DNA from: Tubiluchus corallicola
Lineage: Eukaryota; Animalia; Priapulida
Direction of reading: 5' to 3'
DNA length: 64,000 nucleotides
Assembly: GCA_030141605.1 (NCBI GenBank)
Contig: JAQGDQ010000512.1
Span: 1 to 64,000, forward strand
Shown: piece by piece, positions 1 through 13,511 of the stretch
How the letters are laid out: each line of letters opens with the position of its first letter
Numbering within the stretch: the first letter of the stretch is position 1
Notes under the pieces: generated by a model
What the model was told of the DNA's origin: nothing
The model's database searches: none
What the model saw: only the letters and a program-made list of their open reading frames with translations
Program-made: the position numbers and the translations under genes

Positions 1-497
1 TGTTGGCATCCTTCTGTCTCGGAAGACAATGGAACGTGCGCCAAGAGAGTCCGATCCTTGAACGTCTCCAGGGCACACGCTTGGGCAAGGTGTATCCCAA
101 GATCCTGAGTTGCCCAGACAACAGGAACCCCCTCTCTTCCTCCCTGGTGTAGTCCAAAGGAAAGCGGAGCGATACGTTTGGCACCAGGTTGGCTGCAGAA
201 GCTGCCGGAGTCAGTGAGCATGCTGCACTGGTCCGCCTTCGGGGCTCCACTCCTGATTTGGAAGGTTTACTCCTCTACACATGGCCGTTGGGTCACTTTA
301 CCTCCACCGCCCTCTAGCCGTTGGTTGCTTGTACAGCTCCTTCGCCTAGTGTCGAGATACAGTGTGGGCATCCCCCAAGCCTACAGCACCTGGTATTCCT
401 AGGCGGTCACCCATCCAAGTACTAACCAGGCTCTACGTTGCTTAAAATTCGGTGATCAGACAAAAACCGGTGTTTTCAACGTGATTTAGCCGTAGTT
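1..497 (-). mobile_element. 5S rRNA-derived SINE (SINE3): 5S head about 378-497 plus RTE-like body and tail
   Basis: Reverse complement of 378-497 is a near full-length 5S rRNA sequence with substitutions. It is fused to the same body and tail (…TCCATTGTCTTCCGAGACAGAAGGATGCCAACA) found at 22943-23416 and 12913-13161. Confidence 0.85.
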
Positions 498-1108
498 AAT
501 AACTGTTAATAACTATTATAAGTGTAAAGAAATTGTAAAAAATTTGACACCTGTTGCATTCATGTAGATGAAGTCCGGACATTTTATACCCAGCGTGTCC
601 CAGTTGTTCGTAACCATGGGAACCAGTTCTGGATTCAGCTTCATGAAGTAGATGAGAATGTCAGTTAATGATGGTCTGGGTGGATGCTGAAAGGTACACA
701 GTCGAATTACAATTTCATTAACTTTATTCTTTTGCAAAAATGTGCAAGAATTAAAGTAACGTTTTAGCAAAAGTGCAGTCTGTGGTTATTTAATTAAATT
801 GTTTAGTCTAGAATTTATTTATTTTTTTCTGGATTTACAAAACAGACTGCCTCTGATACAGGTATCTCCACGGTACAAGTGCTGAGTGCAAAGTGTTAAT
901 AAGAGAATAAAGGACATCACAACTAATAATTATCTCACTCGATTCGATAAAGCATTTGATTCAATTACAACCAGCAGATTTTGGTTAAACTTACATACAT
1001 TAACAGTATGAACACAATATTTTAATAGCAGCAGTAATAATAAAAATACATTTACAAAGTAAATTCTATTGTATTGTAACGCGCAAGGTTGATTTAATAA
1101 TAATAGTA

Positions 1109-1109
<1 letters not shown>

Positions 1110-1177
<68 letters not shown>

Positions 1178-1250
1178 GTTATTATTATCATCATCATTAT
1201 CATCATCATCTTCATCATCATCGTCATCATCATTATTATTATTATTACTA
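1110..1250. repeat. (TAT)n/(CAT)n microsatellite
   Basis: Directly visible trinucleotide runs. Confidence 0.95.
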
Positions 1251-1551
1251 ATAATTAATAAAGCAAGATGGAGGACCAGTTTTGAATTTTTCGAATACGT
1301 TTCTGTATAACACTACAGGATTATAGTTTTGTAAAAATTCACGTGTTACAATCTGGTGGTTGAGTAGGTCGTCTAATAATGCCGTTCTGGCTCTATCATA
1401 TTTTACTTCTTTAAGTATTTATGACTTACATGACTTAATCTCCATACATTACTTACGATAGGTTGTCTAAAATGACTCATTGTACCTTTCAAGTCGCATG
1501 TACAATGATAAGTGGTTCAGTAAAATTTAGTTTCTTTTAGTTAAAGGAAAA

Positions 1552-1690
1552 CATGATGATTTTCCATATCTTACTCCATTTTGAAGTACGGTTAAAAGTA
1601 TACATGATGATTTCCATATCTTACTCCATTTTGAAGTACGGTTAAAAGTATACATGATGATTCTCCATATCTTACTCCATTTTGAAGTAC
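1552..1690. repeat. ~49-bp tandem repeat, about 3 copies
   Basis: Unit CATGATGATTTCCATATCTTACTCCATTTTGAAGTACGGTTAAAAGTATA. Confidence 0.85.
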
Positions 1691-1691
1691 G

Positions 1692-2830
1692 AAGTAATTT
1701 GTTCTCTATCAGGTAAAGTAATTTGTTCTCTATCAGGTACAGTAATTTGTTCTCTATCCGGTATAGTAATTTGTTCTCTGTCAGGTACAGTAATTTGTTC
1801 TCTATCAGGTACAGTTATTTGTTCTCTATCATGTACAGTAATTTGTTCTTTAACCGGTACAGTAATTTGTTCTCTATCTGGTACAGTAATTTGTTCTCTA
1901 CCAGGTACAATAATTTGTTCTCTATCAGGTACAATAATTTGTTCTCTATCAGGTACAGTAATTTGTTCTCTATCAGGTACAGTAATTTGTTCTCTATCAG
2001 GTACAGTAATTTGTTCTCTATCAGGTACAGTAATTTGTTCTCTATCAGGTACAGTAATTTGTTCTCTATCAGGTACAGTAATTTGTTCTCTATCAGGTAC
2101 AGTAATTTGTTCTCTGTCAGGTACAGTAATTTGTTCTCTATCAGGTACAGTAATTTGTTCTCTGTCAGGTACAGTAATTTGTTCTCTGTCAGGTACAGTA
2201 ATTTGTTCTCTGTCAGGTACAGTAATTTGTTCTCTATCAGGTACAGTAATTTGTTCTCTATCAGGTACAGTAATTTGTTCTCTATCAGGTACAGTATTTT
2301 GTTCTCCATCAGGTACAGTAATTTGTTCTCTATCAGGTACAGTATTTTGTTCTCCATCAGGTACAGTAATTTGTTCTCTATCAGGTACAGTAATTTGTTC
2401 TATATCAGGTACAGTAATTTGTTCTCTATCAGGTACAGTAATTTGTTCTCTATCAGGTACAGTAATTTGTTCTCTATCAGGTACAGTAATTTGTTCTCTA
2501 TCTGGTACAGTAATTTGTTCCCTATCAGGTACAGTAATTTGTTCTCTGTCAGGTACAGTAATTTGTTCTCTATCAGGTACAGTAATTTGTTCTCTATCAG
2601 GTACAGTAATTTGTTCTCTGTCAGGTACAGTAATTTGTTCTCTATCGGGTACAGTAATTTGTTCTCTATCGGGTACAGTAATTTGTTCTCTATCAGGTAC
2701 AGTAATTTGTTCTCTGTCGGGTACAGTAATTTGTTCTGCATCAGGTACAGTAATTTGTTCTCTGTCAGGTACAGTAATTTGTTCTCTATCAGGTACAGTA
2801 ATTTGTTCTCTATCAGGTACAGAGTATTTT
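1692..2830. repeat. 24-bp minisatellite, about 47 copies
   Basis: Unit AGTAATTTGTTCTCTATCAGGTAC. Source of the spurious VICSLSGT and YSNLFSIR ORFs. Confidence 0.97.
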
Positions 2831-3517
2831 GCCCTGCGACAAGAGTTAGAACCCTCTGAAAACAGAATGAGACCGTTTCAGTTACTCGTGTTTGTTGTCA
2901 GATTTGTTTTGCTAGAGATGAACTTTGTGAACGTGGCATGGAAGCCCAGAATCCAGAACACTTGATATACCGATGTCCTCGAGTCAATGCAAATAGGCGA
3001 AATGTACTACTAAACGAACAGGGAAATGAGAATTTAAATCTTGTGTGTTGGACCAAAAATGAAAATTTAATATCGGCACTAACCTACTTTGTAAAGGACC
3101 CTTTTATTTTAAGATCCTGCTGTTAATTTTTAGTAAAATAGTAAATTAAATTTGTGTAGTTCTTGAGATTACTGATTGTAACTCTTGTGGATTTAAACAT
3201 TGAATTGGAATTTAATAATTTGATATATCAATTTATTTGCATTTTTGTGTTACTTCACAGGAAACTTGCTGCATTAATAACCTTGATTTTAGCACGCACT
3301 TCAATACTTCTTGTTTAATATCACTGTAAGAAATGTTATACGCACAAATTAGAAAAGCTAATTACAGAATCCGAAAATGTAATATTGTAGAATTCACTCT
3401 GTCTAGTGTCTATGTAAAATTGTATAATGTTAGTACAGATATTTTTGCCTGCAAAAAGAGGCTAATAAAGACTTATCATCATCATCATCATCATCATGAT
3501 CATGTGTTTGTTTTCAG

Positions 3518-4117
3518 AACCGGAGGCTGACTATGACATTTACGAATCATGTGAGGTATCATCAAGAGCCAGCAGCAGCGGAGACACCATAACTCCCGAC
3601 AACGTCAACGTCCGACTCCGAAAAGCACCCCAGAGCAGCAACAACGTCGCCTCGCCGAGACCGCTGTCCATTCCGGCGGCAAAAATCACTCTGCCTACGT
3701 CCAAGGTGCCAGAAAGACCATCCTCCATGGTGCCCGAAAGACCTTCCTCCATGGTGTCGGAAAGACCATCCTCCATGGTGCCGGAAAGACCATCCTCCAT
3801 GGTGCCGGAAAGACCATCCTCCATGGTGCCCGAAAGACCATCCTCCGTGGTGCCCGAAAGACCATCCTCCATGGTTGTCACAAGCCTTCCCAACAGACCA
3901 GTCTCTGTTCAAGCAACAATCAAGGCTTCCCCAGTGCGGTCATCAGCGTTCAAGCCGACTGTGGTCAACAGCAGGAAAGTTGAAGTTGCCGACCGTCAGT
4001 GCGCCACAATACAACAAGCGCCACCTGTCAGCAAGCCCTCCCCTCCACCCTTACCACCCCCACTTACGAAGCCACACAACTTGCCACTCGAACCGATATA
4101 CATAAACAGCTGTGCAG
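3518..4117 (+). CDS. Unknown Pro/Ser-rich protein, internal exon (phase 1/1) with 7x VPERPSSM
   Basis: Acceptor ttttcag|AA, donor GCAG|gtatgt, 600 nt open frame, GC-rich relative to flanks. Motifs DYDIYES, PPPLPPP, EPIYIN. Confidence 0.8.
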
Positions 4118-4245
4118 GTATGTTAAATGCAAAGAAAATTTAATTTTAAAGATCGACTTAAGAGAATTTCCATACAAAGTTATACTACTTAGAATTATGC
4201 TTACCTGCTTGCATTGCTCATGTAATCAGAAAAGCAGATTCTTAA

Positions 4246-4908
4246 AGGACAAGAAAAGAGGTACCTGAAGTAGGTTTCAGAAAAATTACCTTAAAAATTA
4301 TATTTATAGCAATTTTATGCGTGTATAAAACTGGTATTGAAAGGATTTTTAGTTTGTTTTCATTTTAAATCTCCCGCGATACTGTTCCGAAGTCGCCATT
4401 ACATGACGTCATGTACCAAACGTAAATCAAGGGAAGAAAAGACAATGTTAAATTATGTCTCAAAAGACTTTCCATGCAAATCTATATTACTTAGATTTTC
4501 GCTTACCTACTAGAAAGACTTATGTAACTAGAAAAGAAATTATTAATTATTTAAAATGTTTTCACCAATTGGTAAAATGTCGCTGACTCCCCTCCAGGGT
4601 GCACAACTCATTAACCAAAAACATATTTTTAATTTTATTGACAAGATACAGTAATTTTAAACTTTACTTAGTTAGTGACTTGAGCGCTACGAAAGGTATG
4701 ATTATTTTTTCAAACTTTACACAATGTAGTCTAAACTTGCCTCAAATGACGTGTCGTCAAAATGGCTGCGTCTAACGGTCAACGCAAAAGCTTAAATTTA
4801 GATGTTTTATACAGCGTGACTGCAGATTGAAGTCCTGCACGCAAAAAGGCAGTATGTAAGCAATATACATTTTTTAAGGTTTATGTTTATTAAGGGTTTT
4901 CTTGTGCT
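4246..4908 (+). mobile_element. Kolobok-like non-autonomous DNA transposon
   Basis: TTAA|AGGACAAGAAAA…TTTTCTTGTGCT|TTAA (TTAA TSD, RR…YY ends). Five copies in the window. Confidence 0.75.
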
Positions 4909-5163
4909 TTAATAACTTAAAATGATCGCATCACTTGATAACACATCACTGCATCGCCATCCCAGCGTGCACCACTGATTCACTAAAAACACATAATTAA
5001 TCTTATTATGAATATAAACTAATTTAAACTTTTCCTTAGTTAGCGAAGCGTGTACTATGAATGTACTGGTTATATTTTTCAAACGCAGTGTTATTTAAAC
5101 TTGTTTCAAACGACCTACCATTAAAATGGCTGCGCCTAACGGTCATCTTTTCTTGTCCTTTAA

Positions 5164-5622
5164 CCCTTTCAGTCCCAAATTATTTTTTAATAAGAAAAAA
5201 TTTTTGGCTTGGTACTTTTGTTCAGTATGTCCATCTTGTTTACACATAATAATTATTTTTTTCTACCTGTGCCCGTGTGCTAAATATAGCCTGTATCCCA
5301 CGGGATACATTGGGACTCAATGCTTGTTAAACATGATAAAAAGCAAATGCTGATAATTTTTAAAGTATTTAAGGCATTTAGTATGCATACTATGCTGATC
5401 TGTACAAAGTCATCTCTAAAGTACTGTACCTTGCGCAGTTTATTATGCCATGTAGATTTTCTAGTTTGCCATTTTATCACTATTTTTAGTCTATTGTTAT
5501 TGGCTTAAATCAAAATAACTATTAACAGATCAAATAACTCTCAGTTTTAAAATTTTATTAATTCTAAAGGCAGAAATATTTAATATTCTCGTATCCCATG
5601 GGATACAACAGATATCAAAGGG
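5164..5622 (+). mobile_element. piggyBac-like MITE
   Basis: TTAA|CCCTTT…AAAGGG|TTAA. Six copies in the window. Confidence 0.8.
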
Positions 5623-5724
5623 TTAAAAGATGTAATTTAATCTTGATTATGACTTAGTAAGCAGCAGGCAGACTCGATAAATGCAGCAATAATTTGCAAG
5701 ACTTTCTTTTATTGGTCCTTCTAG

Positions 5725-5979
5725 GTGAACAGGACAGGTACTTTAACAAAGACGTTGCCAACACGGGCACAAAGACAGTCCGTCCGGCGAAAAAATCCCG
5801 GTCGCGTTTAAGCAAGTTTCAGACGATGCCGACTTCGACTCGCGCCGCAACAATTGAGAAACTGAGAGAGATGAGCATCCAAGAGAACCACCGGAAGTGT
5901 GTGGAGAACAACCGGAAGTGTGTTGATGCCATGGCGATGAGGGACAAGATGCCTCTGCCAGAGGAAATAAATAACAATG
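5725..5979 (+). CDS. Same unknown protein, internal exon (phase 1/1)
   Basis: cttctag|GT GAA CAG…AAC AAT G|gtatcc, 255 nt, frame continuous with neighbouring exons. Donor site is weak. Confidence 0.7.
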
Positions 5980-5994
5980 GTATCCAAGTCAATA

Positions 5995-6370
5995 AGGCAT
6001 TTACAGTTTAAGCGATTGATGATGATCGTGAAAAGGTCAAAGGTTAAGTGTACCAGATAACGCAATTGTGCACACGTGACAACGTCTCGCACTCCATGCT
6101 ATTGTAATAGTAAACGTTTTAACATGTTTTAACAGCTAGCTAGAACCTTACCTAGTTTATTTTTCTTGTTCCCAAGTAAGATCCTGCACAGATTAATGCA
6201 TATTTAAGTAAAGTCCACTTAAAACAACCGAATTTACTGAACTAATGCGAGAGACGGCTTTGTTTTACCCACACGTCAGGTGACGGTTGTACTTAAGACG
6301 CGCTGTTGTGGTAAACTTAACCTTTGACCTACAACAACTGCGCATGCGTATAGCGAAACTGCGAAAAACT
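5995..6370 (-). mobile_element. Unclassified MITE (family of 7640-7995 and 14367-14760)
   Basis: Inverted copy of the element with TTTTCACAGTTTC…GAAACTGTGAAAA ends. Confidence 0.6.
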
Positions 6371-6594
6371 TATTTTTATGAGCACTCACACTATTATAAA
6401 AAGAAAACATAATATTGTTTATTAAAAGTTTATAAAATTTTTAAAAAGCGTGCCACAGCCTGCCGTCACCATCAATAATAGTATACCTATGTATCTTATT
6501 CTTTTATAGAACGTCTGTTTTAACATTAAAATTAATTAAAATTCGTTACATATCTGGCTTCCTTGTAAATACACTTTGTAAATATCTTTGTATT

Positions 6595-6960
6595 AACCAG
6601 CAAGAAATTATGTCTTAACACAAGACTTCGATTATTTAATGCTTACGTTACCAGCATATTTATGTACAACAGTGAAACTCGGGGTTTAACGATTACTCAA
6701 GAAAAGCAGCAGATTGACACATTTCATAGAAGTCTTCTTAGGAAAGTTTTTATGATAAGATGGCCATACATAATCAGAAACGAAGATTTTTACACCAAAA
6801 TAAAAGAAATTTATTGGAGTTCAAAAGTCAAGATCCGAAGATTAAGATGGCTACGACAACTTCTAAGATTACCAAATAAAGCACCAGTAAGAATTGCCTT
6901 AAAGGAAGCCTTAAAACCTTTAAAAAAAACACCTGCTAAACCTAAGACAACTTGAATGGC
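6595..6960 (+). mobile_element. RTE-type LINE ORF2 3' fragment
   Basis: Translation YNSET…IDTFHRSLLRKVFMIRWP…KIRRLRWL…LRLP is typical of the region downstream of RT in RTE-clade elements. Confidence 0.7.
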
Positions 6961-7151
6961 TAGATTCCAGATTATCACATTTACTGTAAACATTTCGCGT
7001 TCCTTCATACTTTTGTGTTGTAGAATTCTCGCATAATAAACTAGTTTAATTTGACGAAGTGTTTTCTGGTTTTCTCTACGAGACTTCAGAGAGAAACAAA
7101 ACACAACAGCTTATGTTAATTTTTCACCGAAAAGCCGACTTTAAATAAAGG

Positions 7152-7380
<229 letters not shown>

Positions 7381-7440
7381 TCTCCAACTAGAGATTATAT
7401 GACTCCGCAATGTAAAATTTGTTTACAAATTCTTTTCCAG

Positions 7441-7620
7441 GTGCTAAATACACAAGCATAACACAAATAGCAGGGAAGAACTCTGCACCCAACAACAAGT
7501 TGATCATTGACCACCGTCCAGCCAACGAAAAAAACGACGAAGCACAGAAATTGACCGTGAACGAGATATTCTCTACTCTGGAAGCAAACAGACAGGGTAA
7601 AAACCCCGTGAAGCCAAAAG
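7441..7620 (+). CDS. Same unknown protein, internal exon (phase 1/1)
   Basis: tcttttccag|GT GCT AAA TAC…CCA AAA G|gtaagc, 180 nt. Confidence 0.75.
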
Positions 7621-7639
7621 GTAAGCTGTACATGAATCA

Positions 7640-7995
7640 TCCATTCCACAATTTCATTGTGTGCACGCACAGTTGCTGTAGGTCAAAGGTTAAGTCCATA
7701 GCTATGCGTCTTAACCACAACCGTTACGTGGCATATGGTTAAAGCAAAGCCGTCTGGAGCTTCAGTTCAATAACTTCAGTTGTATTACGTGGCCTTTACT
7801 AGCAGGATCTTGATTGGAAACAACAAAAAATGAACTAGGCAAGGTTCTAGCTAGCTGCTAAAGCTGTTACTATGGCAACAGTATGAGCTGCGAGGCGTTG
7901 TCAAGTGTACACAAATGCGTTGTTTGGTACACTTAAGATGACAACCTATGACCTCTTCATGATCATCATCAATCGCTGAAACTGTGAAAAAGCTT
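7640..7995 (+). mobile_element. Unclassified MITE
   Basis: Colinear with 14367-14760; degenerate terminal inverted repeats. Confidence 0.6.
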
Positions 7996-9096
7996 AATGA
8001 ATTGACGTCAATTTTTACAGCGTCAGTAGTAACTGTTGCTAAGTAACACTTGTTACTCGGTCATTAAATTCTGCGTTGTCCACAAGACCCTCTGCTCAGA
8101 CAACCTAGCAGGCCTCCTACAGCAACAACTAGCCAGTCTCGCATAGCAAGTCCCAAGTTATATGAAAGAAATGTTGTAGGTTGGTGGACATAATCTGATT
8201 CCTCTCACCATTTGCAATTGGTTTGGCCTTGCTGATTTATTTACATTTATTACATTCTTATGACAATCTTATGTGAATCCAATTTTTCGTTTTTTTTATT
8301 TTTATTTTTCTGTCACTTTCATATTACATCTTCATATCCTTTCACTTTTCATGCTCCTTTCCTTCCCATTAACCACCTGTGGATGCGCCCAGTCCAGGCA
8401 AAGAAACGGCAAAAATCAGTATTGAACTGCGCGATAGACCTGCAATTTATTAAAATAACAGATCACAAAAAGTGCTTAAGAACGTGCTGAAGCTTATTAC
8501 TATTTAGATAAAATGAAAAGTTAGTTTTAAGAAGACTGAAGCACAAATTATTACTTTATGATTCTAGATATTTGAAGCAATTCTAACCAATTTAGACTAT
8601 TAACTAATTATTAAAGTAGATGGTGACTTACATTTACTGGTGACAACTTTGGCTTGAAAATACAACTAGTGACTGTTAAACTGCAACAAAATAGACAAAG
8701 CAATGCAAGTATCACCAAACGGCATGATCAGCATAGCGGCAACAGAAAATCTAACTACGTGTAAGAACAACTGTGATTGATAGGTGGCGTATACTACTAA
8801 AGCTTAGGTCACATGACTAAGGCTGGCTTCGCTTTAAACAGTTTCAGCAAATGCATGTTTGTAAAAATGCGAAAAGAAAACAAATGATTATAGAATGCTA
8901 GATTAAATTGCTTGACACCAACAACACCTTTTATTCTTGCAGCTATGCTTTTCTTTCTATTTGCTACTCAGGGGGCTTGACATTACTATCTGTTATATTT
9001 ATTGTGTTTGATGTTCAATAAACGTGTATTCTACTTGATTTATCAGTGTCTTAGCACTTACCTTTAGAAACTTCTTCATACATGGCAAATTGGATA

Positions 9097-9585
9097 AACT
9101 AAACTAAACTACACTACACTACACTACACTACACTACACTACACTACACTACACTACACTACACTACACTACACTTCACTACACTACACTACACTACACT
9201 ACACTACTCTACACTAAACTAAACTAAACTAAACTAAACTAAACTAAACTAAACTAAACTAAACTAAACTAAACTAAACTAAACTAAACTAAACTAAACT
9301 AAACTAAACAACTAAACTAAACTAAACTAAACTAAACTAAACTAAAGTAAACTAAACTAAACTAAACTACGCTACGCTAAGCTAAGCTAAGCTAAGCTAC
9401 ACTACGCTACGCTACGCTAAGCTAAGCTAAGCTAAGCTAAGCTAAGCTACACTACACTACACTACACTACACTACACTACACTACACTACACTACACTAC
9501 ACTACACTAAACTAAACTAAACTAAAACTAAACTAAACTAAACTAAACAACTAAACTAAAATAAACTAAACCAAACTAAACTAAA
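9097..9585. repeat. Compound pentanucleotide satellite (ACTAA/ACTAC/GCTAA/GCTAC)
   Basis: Directly visible blocks of 5-mers. Confidence 0.95.
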
Positions 9586-9643
9586 TATCAAGACCTGTCG
9601 TTCATTCCACGGTTGGATTAGGCAACTTTTCTACATCTTTCAG

Positions 9644-9768
9644 GTTTTGAGGGACATCATCGATTCTTCGAGGAGCTGAGTCAAATCACAAGAAAACTGA
9701 AGTTCCGCAGCGTCAGAGACAAGGACAAAAGCAGAAGCTACGGCAACATTACCGTCATCAACGTCTAG
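9644..9768 (+). CDS. Same unknown protein, terminal coding exon (…GFEGHHRFFEELSQITRKLKFRSVRDKDKSRSYGNITVINV*)
   Basis: ctttcag|GT TTT GAG in phase 1, open to TAG at 9766-9768. Below the ORF-track length cutoff. Confidence 0.65.
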
Positions 9769-10344
9769 CATAAACATACTGTCGATATTTACAAAAACGT
9801 TACTTTTGTTGCCATAGCAACACAATTTGTGAGGTCGTGGACATAGGATAGCATCAATACAGTCTTACATACGTAAGAAGATGGACAATTGTTATGACAA
9901 TATAATTTCAAATGATATTTTTATGGCAACTTCTTTGAGAATGACTACAGACAATATAAATAAAAATAACAAATTGTGATGTTGTTTAGTGAAAGGAACC
10001 TGCAATGTGTGATCAGGGCTGTAATGGAGATGGGATGGAAAGTGAGAACGAATTATTTAACTTTTGTGCCAAGAAAATCGGTACAATATGTAACTAAGAA
10101 AACAGGACTAAAGACAGGCGGTAGAATTTTATTTTGACAACACTACAGCGTGACAATGAAAATGTCATGTTATATAGCGTGTATGAACTGTCTGACGACA
10201 TTACAATGTCTACCTTTCTCCATTATGAAGTATTCTTCAAAAGTAAAGAAGTTATACAGAGGTCTTTTTGTGTGAAATCCATCCACGTGGCAAATCTGCC
10301 TCCCTTTGAGTTATTAAATAGTTTGATTCGTGGAAAGCTTTAAT

Positions 10345-10840
10345 AAGTGGACTATCTTCCTGAAATCGCAGAGCATTAAAGTGGACTGTCTTCTAGTAAT
10401 CCCAGAGCATTAAAGTGGACTGTCTTCCAGTAATATCAGAGCATTAAAGTGGACTGTCTTCCGGTAATCCCAGAGCATTAAAGTGGACTGTCTTCCTGAA
10501 ATCGCAGAGCATTAAAGTGGACTGTCTTCCAGTAATATCAGAGCATTAAAGTGGACTGTCTTCCAGTAATATCAGAGCATTAAAGTGGACTGTCTTCCAG
10601 TAATATCAGAGCATTAAAGTGGACTGTCTTCCGGTAATCACAGAGTATTAAAGTGGACTGTCTTCCGGTAATCGCAGAGCATTAAAGTGGACTGTCTTCC
10701 GGTAATCGTAGAGCATTAAAGTGGACTGTCTTCCAGTAATCGCAGAGCATTAAAGTGGACTGTCTTCCGGTAATTGCAGAGCATTAAAGTGGACTGTCTT
10801 ACAGTAATATCAGAGTATTAAAGTGGACTGTGTTCCAGTA
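10345..10840. repeat. 34-bp minisatellite, about 14 copies
   Basis: Unit AAAGTGGACTGTCTTCCRGTAATNNCAGAGCATT. Confidence 0.93.
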
Positions 10841-11531
10841 AGCTGACAGCATAGTGACCATGTTTATAAAAATCTGTGATCAGCTGTCAGACGAGGCATA
10901 ATTTTGTGACCAAGTGGCATGCGTTGCTTAGCAACAGTCACTAGCGACGCAGTAAGAACCTAACATCAAATGAATTCATGTTGAGTGAGTGTCCTACGTT
11001 CAGATACTGGAACAACATTTGTGTAACGGTATGGAATGCCTAGAATAGCTCTGATAGTGGAAGCAGCTCAAAGAAAATAGAAAGAAAAATAGCATAGTAA
11101 AATGGAAATTGTTATTTCAAGAAAAAGAACAGTTGTTTACAGATAATCACACTCCTATTAAAAGCTATAATGTAAATAATTATTACTACTCCCTAAAGGG
11201 ACAGAAAATGTAAAGAAATCTATATAATCGTACCGAAAACCTAACGTATGTTCTTGTAGTTAATATGCTGTATTATCATTTAGCTAGAGTAATGTTCTTG
11301 GCAGTAAAACGCTGTAGTCAGTGTAAAAATATATCTAAATCTGTTAATATGTTATTGATACTATAATCATAATGCTGTCATTACTAAGTTATACTAATTA
11401 ATAAGTACGAAAATACTGAAAAAAGTAATTTTATTATAAAACGTGTTTCTTGTTGCGTAACATTTAATAATGATTTCGGAATAGAATCTTAAATGATCGA
11501 CAATGCAGCAAAATGAGCTTAGGCTATTCAT

Positions 11532-11911
11532 AAGGGGTGAGCATTCAAAGGCTTGAATTCGATTCGAACGAGTTTTTTTGGTTCGAACTCGATTCCAATC
11601 CAAAACTATAGATTCGAATAATTCAGCACTTTAATCACACGTTCTTTATCACTAAAACGATTGAAACATTATGCAGTTAGCATAATTTAGCAGTGTTTTC
11701 TGTGCTCAATTTTAAACAAATTACTAGTCGTTTTATTGCGGAACAAAATTGAATGATATGCATGATCTTTGAAAGACTCATTTTTACTGGTGGTTCGAAA
11801 ACTTGCTCGAAAATCGTTCAATCTCAATTCGAATTTGAAACACTGAAGTTCGGTTCGATTCAAATTCGAAAGTCACAAATTTCGCTTTCTGGTAGAGAAT
11901 GCTCACCCCTA
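11532..11911. mobile_element. hAT-type MITE
   Basis: TIR (T/A)AGGGGTGAGCATTC…GAATGCTCACCCCTA, 8-bp TSD CTATTCAT. Inverted sister copy at 59945-60382. Confidence 0.85.
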
Positions 11912-12912
11912 CTATTCATACCAAATCTGCTAGTGCGTTATTTAAGTCATCCAAATGAACACATGAAACTCCTAGCATGGTGATAGGTTTCTGTGTCTAA
12001 TTATAAGTTTTCAAGACGAAAAAACACGTATGTTTTTATGTAAAACCCGTAGATCTAAATTTTTGGTATTATGTACTTTTAGAATGTATTTTGTATATGT
12101 TGAAATAAACAAATTTATCAATCAGTTCTTTGAAGTTTCATTATTATCACATTCAGTATAATATAATGACATTATGCACACGGTGACATCAAAATTGTTA
12201 CTTCATACTATAATAAATTATGTTTCATACACTATCGTTATCATAAAAGAATAATTGTACCGCAATGGGCTAGAAAAGCAAAGGCTTGTATAAGCCCACT
12301 GTCATGTGAACCCGATAAAAAAAGAATGGATGAGTGAACAAAAAAAGAACTGAGAGAAAGGTTAGTAGGAAGAAAGATAATGGATTGTGCTACGTTGACA
12401 TCAGCTCTAAAGATTTATCAATGATGCCTTGTTTTGTATAACCTGTACCAGGATTGTGGTATGACAGCTGCAGTAGATGTAGGATATCAAGAAGTATTGT
12501 GCTTGTTGAAAATCATTGCATTATATTTCTTTTTATACTTTTGAATTGGCGGAATAGTTTTTGGTTCGTCATTTATGTCATTCCAAAGCCTTGGACCAAA
12601 ACTGCAATGAATTGCCATGCCACTTACTAGGAGTCAGTGACTGCACTTATAAAGACATTGTAGATGCGATCATTTAAAGAATATAAGACAAATAATAACA
12701 ATAATGATAATAATAATAACAAAAAATAAGAATTTATTTCGTACAATTATTTGTTACTTATAGCCCTTGGCAATTTTATCTGCGACAATTATTTGTATAA
12801 AAAACGTTGAAAAGCGTTAATCTCCAGCGTGTTTCTTGTTGATGAGTTCTCATGGTGGAAGGGTGAAAAAGAACAGTTGTCTACAGATAATCACGCTCCT
12901 ATTAAAATCTTG

Positions 12913-13161
12913 CAGCCAACCTGGTGCCAAATGTATCGCTCTGCTTTCCTTTGGACTACACCAGGGAGGAAGAGAGAGTATTCCTGTTGTCTGGGCTACT
13001 CAGGATCTCCACACACCTTGCCCAGGCGTGCGCCCTGGAGACGTTCAAGGATGGCACTGCTCAGCCACAGTCGACGCTGCAGCTCCATCAATGTGATCAA
13101 TAACTGACTCTCTTGGCACACGCTCCATTGTCTTCCGAGACAGAAGGATGCCAACCAACCA
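12913..13161 (+). mobile_element. 5'-truncated copy of the 5S/RTE SINE
   Basis: Matches about 23173-23416; flanked by 12-bp TSD ATTAAAATCTTG (12901-12912, 13162-13173). Confidence 0.85.
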
Positions 13162-13511
13162 ATTAAAATCTTGAGTGTCATGTGAATCTGGCTAAGTTAG
13201 GCATAAGATTGCCATGTTGCTCTGTTACAGATAATGAGAAACATTAAAATCCTACTGTCGAATATTAATGCTTAAAAGGCCAGCCAGCTGAATTATAATA
13301 TAGTTGGTGTTTTCATTCTTTGGGGTATTTCAGACATTTCAATTATGCTTGAATCTCTAAATCCCCTTTCTCATCGATTGGTCGAGTTCTTCCGAATACG
13401 TGTTGTTCAGTGCACACAATGAAACATATGCCGTTTTCAGATTCCAGGTGGTTCGTTACATTTTGTTCAGCATAGCTAACTCTTGTTATAGGCTATCAAA
13501 TTTTGCAAATA

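Noticed and set aside
1682-2965. 427-aa and 378-aa repeat ORFs (VICSLSGT, YSNLFSIR)
   Set aside because: A 24-bp minisatellite that is open in several frames on both strands; no evidence of a real exon.
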